Shown: positions 26,396 to 34,338 of the stretch, piece by piece | Layout: every line of letters begins with the position of its first letter | Position numbering within the stretch: the stretch's first letter is position 1 | NCBI GenBank assembly: GCA_964478375.1 | Contig: CAYZIQ010000001.1 | Coordinates: 8,019 to 57,418, forward strand | Origin: an uncultured Chloroflexus sp. | Lineage (GTDB): Bacteria > Chloroflexota > Anaerolineae > Anaerolineales > Villigracilaceae | Length of the DNA: 49,400 nt | Direction: 5' to 3' | Program-made: the position numbers and the translations under genes | The notes under the pieces: generated by a model | Told to the model about the DNA's origin: nothing | The model's input: the letters and a program-made list of their open reading frames with translations, nothing else | Database searches by the model: none

Positions 26396-28381
26396 CTATA
26401 CTGTGACCAAAATACCTTCTAGCTCTGCGAGCACTTCGTCCAGTGTAAAGCCATGCTGAATGGCTGCGCCGGCAGGACAGGCAGCCGCGCACGCACCGCA
26501 GCCCTTGCACAGCACCTCGTTGACGTAGGCCACTTGCTTCCCGTCGTAGTCCACCATCGAAATCGCGCTGTATGGGCACAGCCCTTCGCAAGTGCGGCAG
26601 CCGCCGCATTTCTCGGCGATAACATAGCTGGTGAAAGGATCTAGCGATACCGAACCGGCGTCCATCAAAGCCAGTGCTGCGGCGGCCGCGGCGGCGCCCT
26701 ACGCCACGCTGTCGGGAATGTCTTTCGGCCCCTGGCAGGCTCCCGCCAGGAAGATGCCGTCGGTGGTCGTCTCGACCGGCGCCAGCTTGGGATGCTTCTC
26801 CAGGAAGAAACCGTCCGCGCTCAGGCTGACGCCGAAAGTCGCGCCGACTTTGTGCTGGTCGGCCTGCGGCTCGATGCCAGTGCTCAACACCACCATATCC
26901 ACCAGCGTTTCCCGTTCCTCGCCCGTAAACACGTCCACGGCGATGACCGCCAGCCGTCCATCGCGCGGTTCCACACGGATATCTTTACCGCTACGGAAGA
27001 ATTTCACGCCCTGGCGCTGGACGCGCTCATAAAAAGCCTCGTAATCTTTACCAAAGGTGCGCATGTCGCGGTAGAACTCGAACACCTCGGCATCTACGTA
27101 ATCGCGGATCAACGTAGCCAGCTTGAGTGAATACATGCAGCACACCCGCGAGCAATGCTCGTTCTGGTCGCCGCGGCTGCCTACACAGTGCAGGATGGCA
27201 ATCCGCTCCGGCTTGCGCCCGTCCTTGAGCAATACCTGGCCAGTGGTCGGCCCGCCGGAGTTGATCAGCCGCTCGAATTCCATGCCGGCCAAGACGTTAT
27301 CAAGCACGCCGTATCCGTACTGGGGTGAGCGCTTCGGTTCGAAATCTTTGAAGCCGGTCGCCAGCACGATGGTGCCGACCTCAATGTCAACCAGCTGCTC
27401 TTTCTGCTCGAAGTCAATCGCTGCGCGCGGACAGAATTTCTCACAGGCGCGGCATTTGCCGCTCTTGAAATAGGCGCAGTTGACTGCGTCAATGACCGGC
27501 ACGCGCGGCACCGCCTGGGCAAAGGGGAAGTAGATCGCCGGGCGCTTGCCCAGCCCTAGGTCGAATTCGGAGGGGATCTTCTTCCACGGGCATTTCTCGA
27601 CGCATGTCCCGCATCCGGTGCAAAGCTCCTCGTTCACATAGCGGGGCTTGCGGCGCACCGTGACGGTAAAATTGCCGACGTACCCCGAAACTTTCTCCAC
27701 CTCGCTGTAGCTCAGCAGGGTGATGTTTTCGTGGCGTCCAACGGACACCATTTTGGGTGTAAGTATTCAGGCGGCACAGTCTAAGGTGGGAAAGGTTTTG
27801 TAGAGGCGGGACATGTGCCCACCAATCGAGGGCTCGCGCTCCACCAGGTAGACGTGCTTGCCCGAATCGGCCAGGCGCAGGGCCGCTTCGATACCGGCGA
27901 TGCCTCCGCCCACAACCATGGCGGAGGGCTTGACTGCCACCTGACGCATCTCCAGCGGTTCGTGCCAGGCGACGCGGCGCACCGCTGCCGAGACCAGAGT
28001 CTTGGCCTTCTCGGTGGCCTTGACGGAATCGTCCGACACCCACGAGCAGTGCTCGCGGATATTAGTCATCTGGAACAGGAACGGGTTCAGGCCGGCTTCC
28101 GCACATGCCCGCCGGAAGGTGGTCTCGTGCATCAACGGCGAGCAGGAAGCCACCACCACCCGGTTCAGGCTTGCATTGCGAATATCGTCTTTGATGAGAG
28201 CCTGACCAGGGTCCGAGCACATGTAGGCATAGTGACGGGCGACGGCCACGTTCCCCAGTGTGGAGGCAAATTCGGTGACCGCTTCCACATCCACCATGCC
28301 TGCGATATTGGTGCCGCAGTGACAAATATAAACGCCTACACGGGGCGTATCACGTGTTGGCGTCTTTTCGGCTGGCGTCAT
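26396..28381 (-). pseudogene. hdrA: Second HdrA paralogue (about 661 codons): in-frame TGA at the Cys/Sec position (27767-27769) plus an in-frame TAG at a conserved Gln position (26699-26701)
   Basis: One frame joins three ORF-track pieces: ...[31 protein letters not shown]...GACQGPKDIPDSVA-TAG-GAAAAAAAALALMDAGSVSLDP...CGGCRTCEGLCPY...CKGCGACAAACP. Start placed at MTPAEK (SD aaggag). Type is uncertain: read-through versus nonsense. Confidence 0.7.
27706..27766 (-). other. Candidate SECIS region downstream of the hdrA2 UGA
   Basis: Same GGUGUCC GUU GGACGCC hairpin. Synonymous sites are identical to hdrA1 here, but they differ in the 12 nt right after the UGA. Confidence 0.35.
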
Positions 28382-28480
28382 CCGGGAGTCTCCTTTCGGC
28401 ATTGGAAATCAAAAAAAGGACACCTTTCACTCCTTTGACAAGCGAGTTCTTGTGCAGTATCATCTTACAGCTTGGAGATT

Positions 28481-28517
28481 GGGGGTGTGCGGGCGGCGAA
28501 GCCGCCCGCACACCCCC
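28481..28517. terminator. Perfect 17-bp GC-rich hairpin between the RAYT gene and the hdr operon
   Basis: gggggtgtgcgggcggc gaa gccgcccgcacaccccc. Lies downstream of the RAYT stop on the minus strand. No strong U-tract. Confidence 0.5.
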
Positions 28518-28592
28518 ATCTTTCTCCTCTTATCGAAAAGATACTTGTACAACTTATATTCTCCGTGATTATACTTACGATTCAAGTGATAA

Positions 28593-28622
28593 TTGTCACA
28601 AGGTAAGTGCTGGTTGTCACAA
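28593..28622. promoter_or_regulatory. Direct repeat TTGTCACAA x2, 21 bp apart, in the AT-rich region upstream of the hdr operon
   Basis: ttgtcacaa at 28593-28601 and 28614-28622. Candidate regulator site only. Confidence 0.25.
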
Positions 28623-28707
28623 TTCGTATGGACACGCGACAGGCGGTTAATGTAACAAGACGACGCACCCCATTGGGTACGTCGCCATAATTCAACCATT
28701 ATAGAGT

Positions 28708-29319
28708 TCAGTGCTTGACAGGATTTTCGCTATCCGTTTCCCATTGGGTGGGATTGGATTCGATGTAGAGCCAGGTCAATTCGAGATCCTGCTGGTTGCG
28801 GATGACGTGGTCGTAGTAGGAGCGTTGCCAGACCGGTGTGCCTTCCATGTGGCGCAATAAGTTGATACGTCGCGCCGAAAACGATTTGAAGGCACGGACG
28901 ATTTCGGGGAGGCCATGTTGTTGGCTGTAGGGGCGGGTCTTCGTCTCGTCTGCCAGGGATGTTTTGCCAGAAGCCATCTTTTCAGGCACGGTTTGATTTG
29001 CCTGAAAAGACCCGCCCCTACCAGTGTCATTCAAAATAATGATACCGTGAACATGGTTCGGCATCACCACAAACGCGCCTAATTCCACATGTTTGTAATG
29101 CCGCGGCAAATCGAACCACGCCGCTTGGACAATCTCCCCATATCGGTTCAACCGCATCTCCCCGTTCACCACCTCGCCGAACAGCGCCGCCCGTCCCTGT
29201 GTGACGATGGTGACGAAATACGCGCCGGCCTGGGAATAATCGTATCCTTTCAGGCGGAGGGAATGCCTGCCCTGAGCAAAGGCGAAGGGGCGGTGAGGGA
29301 TTCTCGGATCGTGTGTCAT
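28708..29319 (-). CDS. IS200-like Y1 (HUH) transposase / REP-associated tyrosine transposase (RAYT)-like protein
   Basis: 203 aa. LKGYDYSQAGAYFVTIVT, HUH motif MPNHVHGIIIL, catalytic-Tyr region VWQRSYYDHVIRN. Unusually long linker encoded by a palindromic doublet. Confidence 0.85.
   Translation of the reverse strand: MTHDPRIPHRPFAFAQGRHSLRLKGYDYSQAGAYFVTIVTQGRAALFGEVVNGEMRLNRYGEIVQAAWFDLPRHYKHVELGAFVVMPNHVHGIIILNDTGRGGSFQANQTVPEKMASGKTSLADETKTRPYSQQHGLPEIVRAFKSFSARRINLLRHMEGTPVWQRSYYDHVIRNQQDLELTWLYIESNPTQWETDSENPVKH
28927..29021. repeat. REP doublet (REPIN-like) inside the RAYT reading frame
   Basis: gtaggggcgggtctt (28927-28941) and aagacccgcccctac (29007-29021) are perfect inverted repeats. 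Nested ttcaggca / tgcctgaa. Confidence 0.65.
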
Positions 29320-29336
29320 GAATTCCCCTTTTCCAG

Positions 29337-29396
29337 CAGGGGCGGGTCTGCGATTCTTTTCGACAAGATGACTTGCCCGACCAGACCCGCCCCTAC
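29337..29396. repeat. REP doublet between kbl stop and RAYT start; may double as the kbl terminator
   Basis: caggggcgggtctg (29337-29350) and cagacccgcccctac (29382-29396); same GGGGCGGGTCT core as the intragenic copy. Confidence 0.65.
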
Positions 29397-29404
29397 GTTG
29401 ATGC

Positions 29405-30586
29405 TTACGAAATCACACCCAGCTTCTTCCCCACCTTTGCGAACGCCTCCAGACCTTTATCCAAATCCTTCTTCTCGTGCGCGGCGGAGATCATCACGCG
29501 GATGCGCGCCTTCCCCTGCGGCACGGTGGGGTAGCCAATCGCCATCGCAAACACGCCCGCCTCGAACAACTCTCGGCTGAACTGCTGTGCCAGCGGCGCT
29601 TCGCCGAGCATGATCGGGGTGATGGGCGTGGTGCTCAGACCGGTATCGAAGCCCTGTTTCTTCATCTCGGCCTTGAAGTATCTTGCGTTGTCCCACAGCT
29701 TATCCACCAGCTCGGTCGAGGATTCGAGGATATCGAGGGCAGCGAGACAGGCCGCCGTGTCCGGCACGGTGACGGCGGAGGAAAACAGGAACGGGCGGCC
29801 GCGCTGGCGCAGCCATTCCACAACCGTAGCGTTGCCTGCTACCACGCCGCCCACTACACCAAAGGCTTTGGAGAGCGTGCCGACTTCCACGTCCACCTTG
29901 CCGTGCAAGCCAAAGTGATCCACGATGCCGCGCCCGCCTTTGCCGAGCACGCCCTCGCCGTGGGCGTCGTCCACCATCAGCAGGAGGTTGTAGCGGTTCG
30001 TCACCTCGTAAATCTTGTCGAGCGGGGCCACGTCACCGTCCATGCTGAAGACGCCGTCGGTGATGACGATGGCGCGGCGATATTGCGGAAGGTTTTCCCT
30101 GATGACCGCTTCCAGCGCGGCCGGGGCGCAGTGATCGTAGGGGATGATCTTCCCGCCAGAGAGACGGCAGCCGTCAATGATGCTGGCATGGTTCAGTCGG
30201 TCTGAGAAGATGACATCCTCCTTGCCGACCAGCGCCGGGATGGCAGCTAGGTTGGCGGTGAAGCCGCTTTGGAAGGTGATGGCCGCCTCGACGCCCTTGA
30301 ACGCCGCCAGCCGTCTTTCCAGCTCGACATGCAAGGTCATCGTGCCGGCGATTGAGCGCACCGCCGCCGGGCCGATGCCAAGCCCGTCCACGGCCTTCTT
30401 GGCTGCTGCCACCAGTTTGGGATGGTTGGCGAGGCCGAGGTAGTTGTTCGAGCAGAAGTTGAGCACCTTCTTCCCGTCCACCACCAGCCACGCACCTTGC
30501 GGCGAGCCGATGGTGCGGATGCGGTTGTACAGTCCCTGCGTTTGCAGAGACTCGATCTCTTGCTCGATCCAATCAGTTTTTGACAT
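29405..30586 (-). CDS. kbl: Glycine C-acetyltransferase (2-amino-3-ketobutyrate CoA ligase)
   Basis: 393 aa. [31 protein letters not shown] (PLP Lys), [28 protein letters not shown]. Close to my recollection of E. coli Kbl along the whole length. Confidence 0.88.
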   Translation of the reverse strand: MSKTDWIEQEIESLQTQGLYNRIRTIGSPQGAWLVVDGKKVLNFCSNNYLGLANHPKLVAAAKKAVDGLGIGPAAVRSIAGTMTLHVELERRLAAFKGVEAAITFQSGFTANLAAIPALVGKEDVIFSDRLNHASIIDGCRLSGGKIIPYDHCAPAALEAVIRENLPQYRRAIVITDGVFSMDGDVAPLDKIYEVTNRYNLLLMVDDAHGEGVLGKGGRGIVDHFGLHGKVDVEVGTLSKAFGVVGGVVAGNATVVEWLRQRGRPFLFSSAVTVPDTAACLAALDILESSTELVDKLWDNARYFKAEMKKQGFDTGLSTTPITPIMLGEAPLAQQFSRELFEAGVFAMAIGYPTVPQGKARIRVMISAAHEKKDLDKGLEAFAKVGKKLGVIS

Positions 30587-30617
30587 GGAAGACTCCGTGA
30601 TGAGTGAATTGTGTTGA

Positions 30618-30962
30618 TTATTCCGAAATGCTTTCCCGCGACAGCGCGATCACCACGCCGATCAACTTGTTGGCTGTTGATACCTTCAATTTTCCTACCG
30701 TTTGTGTAACCAAACTTTCATTTGCAGTAAATAGCTTCCCTGGGCGTGCGCAACTGGTAACGCGCAGTGATCCACTGCCGAAATCCTCATCGGTAAGTTC
30801 AATGGCTCTTTTGTCACCGTATGGATTGCCCGTCACTTGGCAAAGAATCCAATCCTTGCGTCCCGATCCTGCCAGCACAATGGCAGGCCGCATTTTCGTG
30901 TGCGACAAATCAGAAAATGGAAAGGGAATGAGGACTACTTGTCCGATTGCAAGTGCGCCCAT
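30618..30962 (-). CDS. mazF: MazF/PemK-family type II toxin (endoribonuclease)
   Basis: 114 aa. [25 protein letters not shown]...ILCQVTG. Overlaps the antitoxin gene by 28 nt. Confidence 0.85.
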   Translation of the reverse strand: MGALAIGQVVLIPFPFSDLSHTKMRPAIVLAGSGRKDWILCQVTGNPYGDKRAIELTDEDFGSGSLRVTSCARPGKLFTANESLVTQTVGKLKVSTANKLIGVVIALSRESISE

Positions 30963-31150
30963 GCTTTATCCTCCTCAGGGCGGTTCCAGTCTTCTGCCAG
31001 TGCCGCTTCGCTCAATAATGCAGTCTCGGCAATGCTTGCCGGTTCACCCAGAATTGTCAGAATGGCGCGGCGTGAGGCAGGCAGTTTGATCCTTTTGGGC
31101 AGCCGAACGATGCCATCTCTTCCAATGATTACTTCAAATGAGCGCGACAA
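30935..31150 (-). CDS. Cognate antitoxin (AbrB/SpoVT-like N-terminus, C-terminal ...[12 protein letters not shown] motif)
   Basis: ORF continues to 31195. Start preferred at TTG 31148-31150 (SD aggaga 7 nt upstream, TATAAT further upstream). TAG stop. Confidence 0.6.
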   Translation of the reverse strand: MSRSFEVIIGRDGIVRLPKRIKLPASRRAILTILGEPASIAETALLSEAALAEDWNRPEEDKAWAHLQSDK

Positions 31151-31198
31151 TTTTGCATCTCCTGACACAATTATACATCTGTTCCTGACTGGCAAGAT

Positions 31199-32992
31199 TT
31201 ATTCGTCCCTTCGATGTTCTTCGTGGCTAACATCTGCCAACATTCCCATCTCCGCCAGCGCGGCTAGCACTTTACCCTGTGCTCCTGTCTTGACAATCAC
31301 CGTCGTCGGGCCAAGGATCTCGCCCAAGAAACGCCCAGCTTTGGATTTTCGCAGCTCGTCCAGGACCTCAGGCCGGCTGACCCGCAAAATGACCAGATTC
31401 TCGATCCGCGCCTCGGTGCCGTTCACTTCCCAGCGTTTGAGCGCTTTGACGAACACAAGCGGAATCTCGGCCGCGGCGTTCTTCGCCAGCAGGCTGAGCA
31501 ATTGGCGTACTTTAAGTCCCTGCTCTTTGGCTTTCTTCAGCGAATGGGTGCTGACACGATAGTGATACTCGTCAGGCATGGTCTCGATACGCCGCCGGTG
31601 GTCGAGTAGTCCTGCAGGGACGTACACTTGCACCTGCGGCACACTTGCCCCGGACGCAAGTGCTGGGGAGTGCAGGTGTCGAGACCCGGCGGCTACTCGA
31701 CCAACATCTTCCCATTCGCAGAACCGGGAAATTTGATACCTGGCTGCACGCGGCAGCAATCTTGGGATAGTGATCTTGCCCTGGGAAAAAACGTGGAGTT
31801 TGCCCATTTCGTCGAACGTCGAACGTCGAGCGTCTGACATTTGACCTTCGACGTTCGACACAACGCGAAAAGCCGTGACCGTTTTGCCCCCCTCCGGCGT
31901 CGCCAGGTCAATCCTCCCCAGCCAGAACAGCGGGCCAGTGATGAAATAGCGGATAAGCGCGCCGTCCACCTCGTCCCAATGCTCGAAGCCGCGCAGGTAG
32001 GCCTCGCTGTCGGTGCGGCGGATGAACCACGAGTCGTAGTCGCCGGCCGGACGCTGGAAGTCGGGATATTTCTCCTTGATGGCGTGGACGAAGGCGGGCA
32101 AGCTCCACCATTTGTCTATGGGGATGGTGTCCAAAAAAGCGAGCAAAAAGTGACGAGTGACGAGTGATGAATTCTTCCATTCTCCTTCGCAGACAAGCCC
32201 TGGAATCTGCCGAAGTTCGTTGAAGGTTTCGCTCGTCTGCCAAGCTTCGGCCAGCATGGATAAGGCTTGCGCCCTTGGCATTTCGAGAAACGATTTAACT
32301 TTATCGGCCAGCGGTTCGTCCCCCGCCAAGATGCCAGCCGCCTGCAAAAAGCCGCACACCACGTTTACCGGCACGATGGTTTCCGGCGGTTGCATGTCCA
32401 TCCGCAGGGCTGCCAGCAAGGTAGTGGCATCGTCAAGGAGGCGGTCAGAGGCAGGGAGAGGACGTTCGCGTTCCTTTGGTGCAGCCGGGCGGCCCAAAGG
32501 CTCATCACCTTTATTAACCACAAAGGGCACTACGTTTTTTTCTTTTTCCCCTTTGTGACCTTCGTGGTGAATTATTATTAGCAGATCATCGGGAATGTAC
32601 GCGAATTCCTGCGGGCCGGTCGGGGTATCGAAAAATGCCCGGGCGAGAAAGGCGCGGTAGAAAAGCGTCTCTGCGGCAGAGGCGGGATGGAGGTACACCT
32701 GTTCCCGGTCGCGGCGGCCGGGGCCGATCTCGCGTATCTCACCGAAGCGACGTACAAACGTCGCCCACGGCATGCGGCCACCCTCCTCAATTAGAACCTC
32801 GAGCGCGGACTTCGCCTCAGCGGAGAGTGAGTCCACGATCTCGCCGACCAGCGCCGGGTCGAGCAGCGCGGCGGCCAGTTCCTCCAGCGCCGCCTCCATC
32901 TCGGCAGACTTCAGTTCCTCGCCCCACAGTCCGGCCACGATGCGCAGGTGACCGAGGTCACGGGATTGGAGGGAGTGGAGCAGGTCAGGCAT
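31199..32992 (-). CDS. Hypothetical 597-aa protein; C-terminal region resembles the XPB/Ssl2 N-terminal (Helicase_C_3) domain
   Basis: C-terminus YHYRVSTHSLKKAKEQGLKVRQLLSLLAKN...ENLVILRVSRPEVLDELRKS. Domain call is from memory. Contains two in-frame repeat tracts. Confidence 0.6.
   Translation of the reverse strand: MPDLLHSLQSRDLGHLRIVAGLWGEELKSAEMEAALEELAAALLDPALVGEIVDSLSAEAKSALEVLIEEGGRMPWATFVRRFGEIREIGPGRRDREQVYLHPASAAETLFYRAFLARAFFDTPTGPQEFAYIPDDLLIIIHHEGHKGEKEKNVVPFVVNKGDEPLGRPAAPKERERPLPASDRLLDDATTLLAALRMDMQPPETIVPVNVVCGFLQAAGILAGDEPLADKVKSFLEMPRAQALSMLAEAWQTSETFNELRQIPGLVCEGEWKNSSLVTRHFLLAFLDTIPIDKWWSLPAFVHAIKEKYPDFQRPAGDYDSWFIRRTDSEAYLRGFEHWDEVDGALIRYFITGPLFWLGRIDLATPEGGKTVTAFRVVSNVEGQMSDARRSTFDEMGKLHVFSQGKITIPRLLPRAARYQISRFCEWEDVGRVAAGSRHLHSPALASGASVPQVQVYVPAGLLDHRRRIETMPDEYHYRVSTHSLKKAKEQGLKVRQLLSLLAKNAAAEIPLVFVKALKRWEVNGTEARIENLVILRVSRPEVLDELRKSKAGRFLGEILGPTTVIVKTGAQGKVLAALAEMGMLADVSHEEHRRDE
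31809..31864. repeat. Heptamer array with inverted halves inside the 597-aa ORF
   Basis: tcgtcga acgtcga acgtcga gcgtctg acatttg accttcg acgttcg acacaac. 31811-31824 is complementary to 31847-31860 (13/14). Confidence 0.75.
32149..32190. repeat. Heptamer tract inside the 597-aa ORF
   Basis: agtgacg agtgacg agtgatg aattctt ccattct ccttcgc. Same gtgacga unit as at the ccmA/ccmB junction. Confidence 0.65.
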
Positions 32993-32993
32993 G

Positions 32994-33035
32994 TTTTACG
33001 TCTCACATCTTATGTTTCACGTATCACGTCCAGAC
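32994..33035. repeat. Heptamer tract forming the leader directly abutting the ATG of the 597-aa ORF
   Basis: ttttacg tctcaca tcttatg tttcacg tatcacg tccagac. Confidence 0.7.
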
Positions 33036-33052
33036 AAACCGCAACCCCTGAA

Positions 33053-33967
33053 CTACCTGACGACTCTCAGTGCGTTGGGTACAATTTCTATGGAAAGTTT
33101 CCGCAAATTGGAACCGAAGCCGGTGAAAATTTCCCCATCTGCGTGGATGTAGATCGGGCGGTCGGAATTTAGGCTCATCTTGCAGCAGGTTCCCATCCTC
33201 ACCGACTTGAAACGCCCGTGAGTGCCTTTCATGACTTCCGGGATCAGGCGGAACATCATTGCACGGGAGACCTTACGGATGGTGGCGTAGTGGAGAATGC
33301 CGTCGTCGAGGCGCGCCTCCGGCGCGACCAGAAAGCCGCCGCCCTCGCGCGGGCCATTGCACAGAGTCAGCATGAGGGTAGGCAGGTCCCAGGTCTCAGC
33401 TTCGGTCTCGACGTGCAGCCCCATCGGGTCGAAGTTTAGGATGATAGTCTGAATAACAGCCGTCAGGTACATCAAGAAGCCGCGCACGATCGGCAGCTTG
33501 TGCGAGCGGATGGTCACCACGGCGTCGAAGCCGAGGCCGAGGGTGTTGTCGAAGTATTCCTTGCGCCCCTCTTCGTCGGTCAACAGGCCCAGGTCCACCG
33601 GTGCCGCCTCGCCGCTCAAAGCATGGTTGAGAGCCGCCTCTGGCTCGGCAAAAGCGCCGACAGCATGTGCAAAATCGTTCCCAGAACCGGTCGGGACAAT
33701 GCCCAGCAGCGGGCGATGCGCAGCTGGAACCTGCATCAAGCCATTGATCACCTCGTGCACCGTCCCATCACCGCCGACCGCGATGACCATATCATAACCC
33801 TCTCCGCCGGCCTGACGCGCCAGCTCGATGGCATGAGTCGGGTAGACCGTGCCACTCCAATCCGCATGGCCGTATTCAGCGACGATGGGACGCAGGTCTT
33901 TGGCAACCTTCCAGGCGTTACCCATATTCGCCATCGGGTTGAGGATCAGTTTGACTTTGCGTGCCAT
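33053..33967 (-). CDS. Diacylglycerol-kinase-family lipid kinase (YegS/BmrU-like)
   Basis: LILNPMANMG..., VIAVGGDGTVHEVINGL, GIVPTGSGNDFA. Confidence 0.88.
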   Translation of the reverse strand: MARKVKLILNPMANMGNAWKVAKDLRPIVAEYGHADWSGTVYPTHAIELARQAGGEGYDMVIAVGGDGTVHEVINGLMQVPAAHRPLLGIVPTGSGNDFAHAVGAFAEPEAALNHALSGEAAPVDLGLLTDEEGRKEYFDNTLGLGFDAVVTIRSHKLPIVRGFLMYLTAVIQTIILNFDPMGLHVETEAETWDLPTLMLTLCNGPREGGGFLVAPEARLDDGILHYATIRKVSRAMMFRLIPEVMKGTHGRFKSVRMGTCCKMSLNSDRPIYIHADGEIFTGFGSNLRKLSIEIVPNALRVVR

Positions 33968-34062
33968 AGGAGAGTCTCCTCTTGTATGATTTTGGTCGAA
34001 TTATAGCCCCAAAACAAAACGGAGGCGCACGCTACGTGGCCTCCGCAAGAGAATAGCGCTGG

Positions 34063-34205
34063 TTACCTCAATGGCGCAGTCGCCTTGATAATCGTGCCTC
34101 GCCGTTTCTTTTTCGCTTGGTAGAGGGCTAAATCGGCAACACGCAACAATTCGTTGGCCGTTTGACCATATGTTGGGAAGGAAGCGATTCCTCCAGAGAT
34201 GCTCA
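34063..34205 (-). pseudogene. 3' remnant of a GGDEF (diguanylate cyclase) domain gene
   Basis: Minus-strand translation ...LSISGGIASFPTYGQTANELLRVADLALYQAKKKRRGTIIKATAPLR-TAA matches the last ~45 aa of GGDEF domains. No GGDEF motif or upstream domain remains. Confidence 0.45.
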
Positions 34206-34338
34206 GTCTATTCGGCCGACGTCGGGCAATTGAAGGTCGAGTGAGCGCCGTTCCGTTGAGCGCGCTTCACCTCGACCTCGAGCCGTCCATCCAGAGCACA
34301 ACGATTGGGCAGCCCGGTCAGCCTGTCAGGGTATAATC

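Noticed and set aside
19692-26701. Global reassignment of TAG to a sense codon (alternative genetic code).
   Set aside because: TAG ends at least six otherwise well-delimited ORFs in this window (stops at 4248, 6117, 17218, 26396, 30935, 41487), including hdrA2 itself. The three internal TAGs also correspond to two different expected amino acids (Trp and Gln).
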